A stretch of DNA of 64,000 nt from Balanoglossus misakiensis (taxonomy: Eukaryota > Animalia > Hemichordata): positions 4,391,227-4,455,226 of the forward strand of contig CM082579.2 in the NCBI GenBank assembly GCA_040954595.2. The letters run 5' to 3'. Below, in pieces: positions 13,802-26,300 of this stretch. The translations under genes and the position numbers were made by a program. Below the pieces are notes generated by a model. It was not told the DNA's origin and did not search any database. It saw nothing but the letters and a program-made list of their open reading frames with translations. Every line of letters begins with the position of its first letter. The stretch's first letter is position 1.

Positions 13802-14366
13802 ATAGCGCTATGCCTCATTTCAGATTTTAAACTACCATTTTCCAAACCATCCTGTTTTGAAAACATGCTTTGAAGTTTAATGAGTAGCTCTTTAAACTGA
13901 CTCAGAGATAATTTTGACTTCAGCGATAGTCGAGATCTGAATTAAGGAAAGTCATTAAATTATTAAAAATGGAAAAAAATGAGGGGGGGGGGGAATCAGC
14001 AACATGTATATGTACATATAACCTTGGGATGATCAATCAAATCAAAAACTTCACCATTCAGTGTTTCATTTCCTTGTTAAAGGAAGTATGCACTGGCCTC
14101 GGAGATTTCAACATATACAATCTTAAATTTGAAAAGTGTTCCATTACTAAAAATGAGAAAATGGGGGAGAGCTGTAGGCTATACCGGCTTTTCGGTACAA
14201 TTACGAACTTCACCGTTCAGGCGTTCTGTGTTTCATTTCCATGTCTAAAGGAAGTATGCACTGGGCCTGGGGGATATATGCAATGCCATGTACAAACGTA
14301 AATTCACTGTTCTTCAGCAAATTACGGGAAAAAAGTTTACGACTGATTTTCGAGGCTCACACTACC
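13802..14366. mobile_element. Degenerate non-autonomous TTAA-target DNA transposon (Kolobok-like); right end clear, left end tentative
   Basis: The right end GTTTACGACTGATTTTCGAGGCTCACACTACC|TTAA (to 14366) is similar to the reverse complement of the left end of the 50313-50459 element. A possible left end is TTAA|ATAGCGCTATGCCTC at 13798-13816. Confidence 0.45.
13955..14300. repeat. Imperfect tandem duplication (two units of about 160-180 bp)
   Basis: AACTTCACCRTTCAG...TGTTTCATTTCC.TGT..AAAGGAAGTATGCACTGG occurs at about 14047-14096 and 14207-14264, each preceded by ATTAYTAAAAATG...AAAATG.GGG. Confidence 0.85.
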
Positions 14367-17300
14367 TTAATAGCAAAACTAACATGGGCGATAAAAGTGG
14401 TGGTAGTTAACACATCACCATCGCAATGGGCTTTGTGAAGGTCTCTCAACACAACATCGGTCTCCTTCACACACACACACTGACAGAATTAGTTGCTTTT
14501 CAAACACGCAACCGACTGCCGCCGTGTCGGTGTATTGAATTTTCACCCGATCAATTCCGAGGACGGAAGTCTGGCACTGTGGAGAGCGCTCGGATCGATG
14601 ACAAGTGATCTAAAGTATTCCCGGAGTTCACAGATCGTAATACGTTGTGCAGTTTAAACTGAAAAGTCCCCACGTGACTTCGTGTAATGCTGCCTTTTCA
14701 TCGGATTGATTTTTTAAAAATTTTCTGCTGCTCGCCATGACTTAAATACAACAGGATTGACCCCGAGTGACCTCACACAGAACCTAACTGACTCCATTGT
14801 TCACTGAAATACCTGGCAGGAGTCTTTAAATCCATAGTTCGAAATGTAAACCGTAAGAAATAATTAGTATGTCATTGATTTTTTTTTTGCGTCCTTTTTT
14901 TTCTGTGAACGGCTGCTCTTGGGAGAGCTTATACTTTGCCTCTTGGGAAGACAGAACATAAAAGCCTACACGTAAAAGTTTTAATACTGTTGAACTGATC
15001 TTAAACTAACAATTTTACTGGGGATGTTGTTGAGCGCTTGCTTGCTCCATGCAAACTGATGTTCTCTGTCTAGTTCTTAACCACTTTACTGCAACTTAGC
15101 ACTGACTTCATCAAAAAGATATTTTTGGGATGATTAAGGCAGAGGCTAGTATCTTTTAATCTTTTAATTTTGTGAGTTCAAGTGCAGGGACGTTTACAAA
15201 GCAAAGCCCTTCTGGAAAAGCAGATTATTAAGCACTGATGGCTGTTGTAGTGATGCAACATACAGCTGTCAATCAACAAGTATAACATGTGATGACACTT
15301 GGTGACAGAGATACAAACATGATCAAAGAGTCAAGGGGTCGCCCAAGGTCATCTTCAGGAGGGTACTTGACCTTATGGCAGTATAATCTGTCAAGTTGTC
15401 CTTGGAATTGCGAGTATCTTTGTCACATCCTCAATGTCGCAGAGGAGATCACAGCTCCAAAGAGAAATTTAAGATAAACACCAAAAAATATGATAACACT
15501 GCAGGCAGGACCACCAACAATTTCACGACTTGAAGTCAATTTCAGATTAGGAACCCACAGAGGAATTGTTGTCACTTCCCTTGGAGAAAAAAAATCAAGT
15601 TTCTCCAATGCTAAATTGTCATTGCAGTTACTAACAAATCAGACATAACTACATTGTATCAAATTGCAATACCCAAAATTATGAAAAGTTTAATGGAGAA
15701 AACTAGAATCGCTCAAGAAATTTCTGAAATGTTTAGACAGGAAAGCTCTTGGTTTGGACAGGATTCTAAAAGCCAGCAGAGCGGTATGCAACTCCTGTTA
15801 TGACGTACATTAAGTTCACAGGGGAAAACAATCGGTAAATCCAAGTATTTTACGCATGCACACACATGTGCAGCCTTCTGCAGCAATTCCACATATGTTT
15901 GAGGAGTGTGTCCCGGACTCTATATTTCGACACCCAATAGAATTTGGTCGTTGTTAACGCGTTACTCTGATATGACTTTTGGCAAACAAGTATAAGGTTT
16001 CCATTATCACACAGTTGAAAACTATCATGCGTTGCGGCACTAAACTCGTAAAAAACTGAGGACGGAAACTAATCAGCAATTTCCTGAAAACAAACATGTG
16101 CGTACTTTTCCACGAAAAAAACAGTGCCAAAGTGGAGCAATTTGTACATGCCTTCCAGCTGCCAACACGTGTCCCGCTTTCGTACCCCATTTTCCAAGAA
16201 AAAAAGTCCCAAAATACCACAGAAATATGAGCGTGCCTCCCAGCCGCCACTTATAACACGTCCATGTTTTACTCTCAGGTAAGCATCTCTCCCCAATCAT
16301 TCCATCTTTCCAAGAATCAACAGCAAATTAAATGCATTCTCAGGTTCACCATCACCAACCGGTGATGAAACAATAAAATTGTCACGCGACACAACCACGT
16401 ATTTTGCATTATTTAAAGACTATCTGGTCTGCACATACTTCAGCTTTCATAAACTTCCATTTTATTTCTCGCAACCGTTTAATGACCAATGGAAATGGTT
16501 GGTACAAATACCAGAATACCACAGAAAACGTATTTATTTATTTTTCGTTTCGTTCTCTTCCTTGTCAACCAGTGTATCCGCACAGCGACCGTCAAAGGCA
16601 GAAATCTGCCACATACAAGCATAGGCAAATATTTGCAGTCTTTGTGCAATGAGCCAGGCAGATATTTGACCACATTCTGTGTGTGAGACGATGACATTTT
16701 CTTTTATTGACAGATCTTTTTAAGCGCTTGAGTTGGGCCGCCTGTTGGTTTCTGTTTGATTTATTAACGTTAAGACTAAAACGATGTTGACATTTACTGT
16801 TCAGAAGTACAAACTTTCTGGGTATACCAAACAGCTGTAATGGGCCACCAGGCTAAACACTTACTCTGGGGATATTTACACACATCAATAACTGCTGGGC
16901 CGCAGTGACTTTTTTGTTGTTCGTCTGTCTGTCTGTGCATGGGACAGGCAAATCTTAAAGCCCCAGTGACTGTGCAATGGCAGATGTTAAAGCCCCAGGG
17001 TCTGTGAGTCACGGACAGGGGGTGAAAATACTAGCATCAGCAAGAATGTTAGTTTTTATGTAAGATTGAATGTTTGATTAATGGGATAAGGTTTAGAGAC
17101 CAAGAAAGTTTTTTTCCCCTGAAACAAAATCCTCAATTTGTTCGCCTGGACCTTGAAACAAGTATTATTGTAAAGATAGCTTGTTGAGAAAGGTCCTCTA
17201 GCTGATTAGAAAACTCAAAATCTTCCCTTTCAGTGGAAATTTTGAAGATACCCTTCTCATCTGAGGCAAGCAGCTTATTACGCCTGATGACTGTACTTTA

Positions 17301-20300
17301 TGCGACCTCACCAGATACATGTAGACGTAAAGATAAAAGCTCTGACTATCTCCCTGGTTACGCCATGAGAACTATTCACAAAATCCCTTGCAAAAAAAAA
17401 AAAAATGTGACACAGTCAACAGGGACTCGACAGTCCTCAATGAAAACTACTTGAAAAGTGTAACAGACTGATACGAAAACACTCAACACCGGCAAATAAT
17501 CATTGTGGACGAGAATTTTACACTGCAAAATTTAAACACAGACACTTCAACCGATGTGTGACACTGCGTTAACATGAGAGCGTACACACACACACACGCA
17601 CTCCGAAACACACTCCGAAAAGTGACTCATCAACGTGCTGGTGATGTCGTCTCAGACAAGACAAACAGATAATAGTCTTGCACTACTTGTGGGTTTGAAA
17701 GTCCCCCTTAAATGAGCTCCGCACCGTTAACGAGGCACTGAGTCTCAAACACTCCCGACGTGAATGAATGCAAGGACGACTGGTTCTGTCCACTTAAACG
17801 TCTGTGATCGCCGACCATTTTCGGCTTATTTGTATCTCTTAATCCCGCCTGTTCAGATTTTCAGGGCACTTCTCAAAAGTTCACACTGATATTCCCTGCG
17901 CAGTCAGACAAGGGCTGTCGGTTTAATATGTGGGGAATATACAAGCACTCCTCAAAAGGCCTTGCATTGTCAGATGCATGTCGGTGTGATAAGGCACTCT
18001 CTGCAGCAAAAATAGGTTCATGAAAGATATGATAGATGAATAATATCTCTCAAATTTCGTGAGGAAACACTGGTAAAAATTTAATGCTATAAAATATGAT
18101 CATGAATTTTAGATCTCAAAACCTGATTTGTTCACCATTTCAGCCCTTGAACTTTTTTGACAAAATTCTAAGAAACGCAAGACAGAACAGGGGCCAAGGT
18201 AAATGAGACAAAGAATTAATATTCGACACAGGACTCCCATAAAAAGTGAAATTACTTCCTCCTCCTTTTAAGGAGCCCCTATTACAAGATAATGGCATTG
18301 TAACACGGACGCCCAATACAATTTCACGACCATTTACCCATTTTACTCTGCCAAATTACACTATTACACAATTACATGGCAGTAAATCTGTAGATTTGAT
18401 AAATTACATACACAGCAGTACCTGAACTTGTAAAAACCATCAATGTCACCGCCCGAATGCCATAACTGTTTGTGGCAGTATTCCGGAGCAAAGATATGGA
18501 AGGTTTATTCCATTAATTTAATCACAGTCATCATTTCCACGGACAAAAGCAGGTATTTCACTGAAACAAGGACACCACGATGAGAAACAAAAATGTGGTC
18601 CACTGTTTTCAGAATTAACTCACAATCATAAAACTCTGGCAAATCCCACCAAGCATCACTTTACCAAAACAGGATTTTAATCCTTCCATTAATTTCCTCC
18701 TCCATTGACAGAAAAGTATCACCGTGGCAACCATGGATACCCAGGATTGGAGTAAACACGGTGAAATCTGATCAGCAGAAAATGACTTTCTTAACATGAT
18801 TGTAATGAAATTGTGGAGTGAAATTTGTCTTCAAAAGCCCTGCTGATAATATGGTAGTACAATGGCAAAGTATCTTTTTCTGATGCTGAAATGAACAACT
18901 TGAAGGTTACACATGAAATGGCAACCATACTGTACTCATACACGCGTATGTATTGGTGGTCAAACAGAATGGAAGGCAGCTTGGTTGGTTGGGTGGAAGG
19001 AGGGTGACGGATGAACAATCTAAAGGAAGACTGGCTGTCTGAGATGGTTTTGAGCAGAAAAGGCAATAAATGTTTTTGGAGATCAAAAGTTTGGCATTCG
19101 CATTAATTATTAAACAACAGGGCATTTGAATAGACAATTTGACAGTGGTATGGGATGAGTAAATACTGCATGCCCACCCTGTGTGGGTGGACGGATTGAC
19201 GGTTTAAAACGTTTACATTTTACAACTGAATACCGAACAGAAGAGGATCAGCTATATGCTTGAAGGGAGAAAGATGATCCGGAAGCAAGGGAGCTAAGTG
19301 GGTACACATGAATTAGAAAGTCAATGTCCACAATATAAAAAAGTCACCAGGACGAATTCAAGCAGAAGGCTTCTTTGAGATGCAAACTGTCTGGCGATGA
19401 ATGGTCTTAAAAGTTGCTCTGGCTACGGGTGAATGATTTAAAGATGCAATGTTTATAAATGAAAGATTTTGTCCCTGTTTTACACGAGAGAGCTGCCTGT
19501 ATTTTGCCCATGAAAACTGCCTCGCAATTCGTAAGTCGGATGTAAGTCAACTGGTCAGTCTTTGTGTTAGGACAATGTTGAAATTTGTATCTTTGTTTGG
19601 TGGCTCATCACGACAACAGCACCTTTTAAACTGTTCACCAATTATCAACATCTCATTCACCATCCCTGTACAACACCATGATGACACGGGCAGACGTGAA
19701 TTAGACGCATGCATGTACACAAGCAAAATTTATTCCAAATTCAGTTTCTAATGACATTTCTCACCACTTCAGTAAATTTATTCATAAAATCACCGCAAAT
19801 CGACAGCCGTGACAAATTTTTCCAGTAATGAAGTTGATAATGGCGGGTGATCAGCATGAAAGGGAAAATTTATCCAGATCTACCGTATTACAGAGTCTCT
19901 AAAAAATTTGCCGTCATCAATGTTGAGCTGTCACACAAGAACAATTATTTTTCGATGTCTCTCCCCGTTCCAATTTGACAGGATGACAAGTGTCACTCTG
20001 ATTGTCCAAACAAAGGTGGCTAATGAACCCCCCTCCTGTCAATCAAAGCATGCACCTTATTCCTGCGCCAGTTTTTCCCCCCTCTTCGCAGTTCACGGGG
20101 TGTACGCATTTCCTCATTATTGCCAATTTTGCGAGGCTGGTAGGACGCCACTTCAGATTTTTTCAAGAAGCTCCAGCTCTGAATGATAAAGAAGTCTCCC
20201 TCGTTAGAGATACAGTGCATGTACGAACGCAGACAGCTTTCACGGTCTACGGTGTACAGAAGTGCGGTGAAAATCCGATGTATCCTTGACATAAAAGTGA

Positions 20301-23300
20301 GTGACCGGTGTGCACCCGTATCCTGTGACGGCCAACACTTGCGTCATTCACCATGTACCTGCATATGATGCGAAACATTTCAAAGTTTCAGTCAAGAAAA
20401 ATCGGTCACTTCTGACCGATACACACCTTTCAATGCAAACAATCTGCAGCTTGAAAGTACCTGCAAACTGACTGCTTCATCAATGTCATATTCCATACAT
20501 TTGGGATTCTGCTGTAGCAGTGCATAAATTTTCTTGGAACGTATACAACATGAAACTTAAGATCTCTCTTTATCATCATTTTTCAGCTTACACGGTACTG
20601 TGTGCATAAATAAAACACACCCCTCGCCTCAAACCTGATGTAGCAGCAGGTGCCTTTGAGCATTCCGAATGTAATCACTGATCAGGACAGTTTAGAAAAG
20701 GATCTCCGCCGGTATGGCTTTGACTCAATTACAGTGACTGTAATAATGCCAAAGTCCCAGCTGTCATCGAAGTTCAAAGTCTATCCGGCCTCAGCTTTTG
20801 ATCAGCATTAGGCTAAATTTGTGCATTCCCTTTTTCACTAATACATTGCCAGTGGAATGAAACATATTATCAGGTCACACGGGGAGGGGGGGGAGACTGA
20901 TGGTGATTCACTCCCACCCTTATCCCTCCCCACCCTTACCCCCCACCCCCTGCATCCCTTCTGGACCTGACAACTTTGGTAGCAGATTACATCCTGATTT
21001 TAAGGCCCATCACAAGAATGCCTCTGAAAGGGCAGTGACGCTCTCATAACTGGCATATTTGGAGCCGGGGATTTACCCCGAGATAAAGCCACGATTATCC
21101 TTGAGAGGCAGGATATTTTCCATTCCTGAAACTCTTTTATGTCACTTCCCATCAAAATCTCCGCCGGCAACAACAACGCTCAGTCAACCATTAACAGAGA
21201 ATATGAGATGGAAATATGGCTCATCTGGTGTAGCGTACGCCACTGATGAGATACAAAATGCATCTCACTGTAGAGTTCACGGTCAGTTTCAAAGCCAGGT
21301 GAAATCCCAAGGAACAAAAGTTACGTGTAATAGAATCAACACATTTTTAACCTTGAAAACATCCGTGCACGTCAGAGCAGAGAGTAAATCGTAATTTATC
21401 CACCAAATATTTTCAGGTCTTCTCTACGCTTGAACAACTCTTCCCATTCACCTTAAAGGGTGAGGGTCGTACCATTTGGCCAATAGAAACATCACATCGG
21501 CAGTAGTTTTACTTATCCGCTAAATCTTTCTGGCTTTTCTCCTAAACTGGAACTTTTCAATAGAAATGTTAACACAACTGGCAAAGGGGAATCAAAATAG
21601 CCACAATTGAAAGAAATTACACCGATTTTATTTTCAGCTTGACTGATCATACATATTTAAATATTTACTCTCATTGAAAAATACACCTGGCAGATAGAGG
21701 GCAGGTATTACTGGAACCCAGTGTTAATATCAATTAATTTATGCTAATTTATGTTGGTTTGATTTATGCTAATTTATAATTAATTATGCACACTATGTGA
21801 TGTAAATCTTTTGATAGATCAGTGTTGCACAAAAGTCACATTATTAAATGTCTGCTGTCTAGCTGAAGACGTTCATCACTCAAACAAGAAAAATCATCAC
21901 CTGCCCAAATCAGCTCATAACCCCTTTAAGACAAATGACAATCTTGCAACTGTCTCTTGTAATTGCCCAGATCATCCTTATTTAAGATGATCCAGCAGCT
22001 GCGCTCGTTGTTTTATTGAACACATTCAGTTTAGATGGCACTTGCTATTTTTATCGGCGATCGGCATACCAGGCGTTGTCGCCATGTCTGTCCACTTTTG
22101 CAGGACGAACGAGTGAAAAAAAAATGCAAATGATTCTGCGTTTAAACTAAGAAGAACAAGACTGGTGTATTTTCGTCATCTGAAGAGAAATACATTGTAC
22201 TATCATGTCCAGTGCAAACGTCACATAATCGATTGAGACCGCAGCTTCCTAAATGTGTACATCATCATTTTATTTATAGAACTGTTTTCTTTTTAACATG
22301 TGCCTCCGCTCCGGTGAAGAGACAAGACTATTTGTCAATAGCATGCTCAGTCCAGCACCAGCCTTGGGGAATATTACACTGGCGAGGGCCTGTATGTTAT
22401 TTCTGATGTCATGAAGCCCGGCATTTTCATCAGATGACGCAGACCAGATACACACGCACTGGTTTGTTTGGCAAAATGAATGCACAGGTGCTTCTGACAC
22501 TGGCTTTATCTTGCAAGGAAAATAGGGCAGGGAAACTTCACAGACTGACGGGTCAGTCGCATTAAAATGAGAACATCGGATGTAAATTGAGGCTGACATC
22601 GCTTCAAGTTTCACCTGAACTTAATCTTGTCCGGTCCCCATCCGATTTTGTGAAATCCTGCCGTCAATGATTGTATTGATTGCATTTGGTGTGCAGAGAC
22701 TATCGTCCGTGTCTATTCCACTTTGGATCAAAAAAAGTTCTGCAATGGCTCGGTAATTTCTACTGGTGAAAACTTTTCTGTCATTTGGACGTCTTTGAAT
22801 TATTAAAATGAAATTTGCGGAAGGTCCCAAACAGGGAATATTTATATTACAGGAGTAATATATTTAAAGTCAAATTTATTATGACCCAGAAGCAATTCTG
22901 TATGACTTATGGCTTTCCATGACATTGCTGCCTCGGAGTTCAAAGGAAGAGTTACTGAGTTTCCCCAAAGCCTGTTATGAAATTGAAGATTTCAGTCACA
23001 TGCTCATCCAGACAGAAGCTCTGGCAGAAGAGATAAAAATAATTTTGAGGAAAAGGCACATATTTATCTTCCCCTCCCTAAGAAACTGCATAACATCATC
23101 TTTTTTCTGTCATATTTTCCATCTTTATACTGTACAGACTTGCTGTGGTTTATCACAAGCGCAGTTCAAATCTCCTGAGATCTTCTTCGCACAAACTGAC
23201 CTTGGCCGACCTTGACATAGAGAGAAATACCTTACAGGGCTAAGATCCCATCCAAGTCACTCAAGTAAACATCTTGGATAACCAAGACACCCAACAAACA

Positions 23301-26300
23301 CCATAAAGACAGCCAACATAAACCTCCGCCATAATGTTTTTGTCATAAACGTACACCACAGTTTCTGGCTTCTGATTTATTGTTTTGGCTTTCTTGGAAT
23401 GCAGGTGACCTCTTTTCTTCAGGACTTAAAATCCATCTCTCAAGTTACAGCACTGACCCATCATATACAAACTGTAGCGTGTTGGCAGTGACTCATGTCT
23501 TGAGCACTTCTCCGGTCACAGGTTGAAGGTGAAAAAAAAGAACAGGTGGTGGCACTGGTCAACGCGAAAACTTAGTTGAGCTAAGTGAAAATTTTGCAAA
23601 AAAATATTGTGATTACGTATGTACAACAAGCTCAGTCTGCAGATGACTTAACCCCATCCATCACACAGAAGAAGACACAACTGCGGACAGATGCAACATA
23701 GAAAACACATGACAGAATTTTTTTCCAATAAATCAAAATGCTGATATCAGCAAAAGAACTCCTTGGGCATATACAGCACAGTTTTTATTTATTTTCCGCG
23801 ATATTCCAGGGTCAGAGGTTGCTGCGTTTTACCCTCTTCCTTCATAGCATTAAGCAGGATTTATTTGTTGTCTATATCAGTAGCTGTATTACACACGACC
23901 TTTTTGATTCACATCTGCCATGTGATGGTGCCAGTGTTCCCTTCGTCACACATGACGCAAATTGTAATCTTCAAGAGGATTTAAGGCAGGATAAGATTTT
24001 CCCCGAGTCAGACTTTTCCTCAGCGCACTCCAGCCTGTCAAATTCACTTTGATTTTCTGCCTATCAGGTTTTTTTTTCTGAGTCATACAGCTTGTTTTCA
24101 GAAGGGACAAGATTTCCCTGCAAATCAAAAACTGCAAATGATGTAGCCGAGAGGAGCCTTGTCCAAACCACACGTTCATATACTTTATTAATACGCAGAA
24201 CCAAAACTGTTCTTAGAGTCCCCTTTCTTGGTTGCCTGGTGATACAGTGATCTACGTTAACATCGTCTTTTGAGAAACCTAGCTTTGAACCGTACATTTT
24301 TTTTTGGGGGGGGGGGGGGGAGTTCAGTCAAAAGTTGCCATCACCGTACCCGTTTTCTGCGCATACATTCACCTGAGGACAGATCATGCTAAACTCCAAC
24401 AGGGAAATTACAACAGGTTGAGAGATGGCATGCCATCAGGAGGGGGGGGGGGGGGGGCATTCTTTTACGTGAAATACAAGGAAGCACCTGTTCACAAGGG
24501 ACTCTATTAGTATTAGAGACAGCCGACCAAGGAAGTTTGAAATTTTCCTGCATAAAAATCACCGACACAAACCTGTTAATAACCCTACCATGCGTGCAAT
24601 CTAGCTATATCTAACACAACCAAGGCAATATCCAATTTGGGGTCCGGGATTTCGAAATCTGCACTTCCCCTTTGGATAGTCGGAAAGTTGGAGGATCCAG
24701 TGGAGGATGACTATGCAGAATATAATCAGATTCTTTGATAATCAAATCAACCGAGCTGTGGAGTCGGCTGTCATTCTCCCAGAACGTTCCCTGATAAATC
24801 TTTCAGGAGACAACGCTCACCTTGAAATGTCATGGGGCTCGGATGACTTCCTTTGTGTGTCTTGTCTTAATTTAATGGGCAGGTAGGACTTTATTGTGTC
24901 TATCACTGAATTTCACTGTAAAAAGTGGAGAATCTAACTTTTTTTGGGACTGGTGGATGAGGGCAGATATGGGTCACCTTTTAGAAGAACCACTGTGATA
25001 CCAACTTTTACATGTTTTAAATGCTCAAATAAGCCAAAAGTTACAGCTCTTTTTAACAGGTGCCTTTCTCAGCAGCTGAAGATGCCACGCCTTGCAGCAG
25101 CCGCAATGCATAAGTTTAAATGAAAGAAGCCGCGGTTAGTAAATTCACTTATGATAACCACGGCAACCAGGGGAAACCTTGAACTTCAAGGTCAGGCCTC
25201 GGAAGTACCACTGTTTTGAAATAGGAAATGTCACAGGCTCTTACTCGCAAGCGGAATGAAACACCGTAGCTGCTGGCGCAAGTGGTTTTCAGTTCCGGCT
25301 AATAACTGGGGCAACTCTACCGTGCATCGAATGGACTGACAAGTATGCACGTATTACAACTTCACTCATGGCCAAGACTACGGGTCTCAGTGTGCGTAAT
25401 GGCACCAACGGCATTTAAAAGCAAACTCTTCTGACCTTCCACCTCTGACAGGTGGGACTTGAACAAGGGTTTTGGATTTACCGATATACTTTGTTCCGCT
25501 CAAAAGTACTTGAAACCATGTTCACTTTGTTATGCACACGGGCACTGGTATCACAAGCACATCATGTTACATGTATTTGTGATGCATAATGTATTGTTTT
25601 CTGTTCCATAATATCTATTTCATTCTAAAAGCATGAAAAGACAGCTAAACCCAGACATCATACTATTGTATACGAGTGTAACATTCATGAAAAGATAACC
25701 TTTAAAACAGTTCCATAAACAAACAGAGAGCGCTAAAATGAAAATGACCAGTTTCCAGAAGTATGAGAAAGAATAAAACTCAGAAAAGTTTTATTAATAA
25801 TTCAACAGGGAAAATAATCCCATTTGGCAATCATATTATATTTCTACAGCGGGAGATTATTGTTGGAGATAGGCTAATAGTAATAGAGAAATATTTTTTT
25901 TTTAGCTTGATAGCTTCCAAGGCCCCAGGGCAGATGCATTGGATAAGTCGGTCCTACCATAGCCCCCGTTGGTGATCTACTTGCGAGTGGGATGCAAGAT
26001 GCGCCCTGGAATACGTACCAGTCCCTTTTAGTGGAATTTTAGCATAATCTCATCGCCGTGAGAGAGAATTAGAAACACACTTCCATTTCAACACTGATGG
26101 CTTTGGCATATCAGACATTGTTGAAACTGGAAGAAAAAGTAACCCAGGACACTGAACAACACTCAAACAGCCTAATCCTTCGGCTTCACAAACAAAACAT
26201 GTGTTAATCCTTACTCTTATTGTATTTTTCATAATGTGAATACGGCATCTCGAATTATCTCCTTTATAGGACAGTTGTTCGAATGATATTTCCGCAGTAG

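Noticed and set aside
19999-20011. 13-nt match to the 5' end of miR-219 (TGATTGTCCAAAC)
   Set aside because: The 3' part of the mature miRNA is absent and I see no complementary arm.
24424-24437. 14-bp palindrome GATGGCATGCCATC between poly-G runs
   Set aside because: A few palindromes of this length are expected by chance in 64 kb, and there is no other support.
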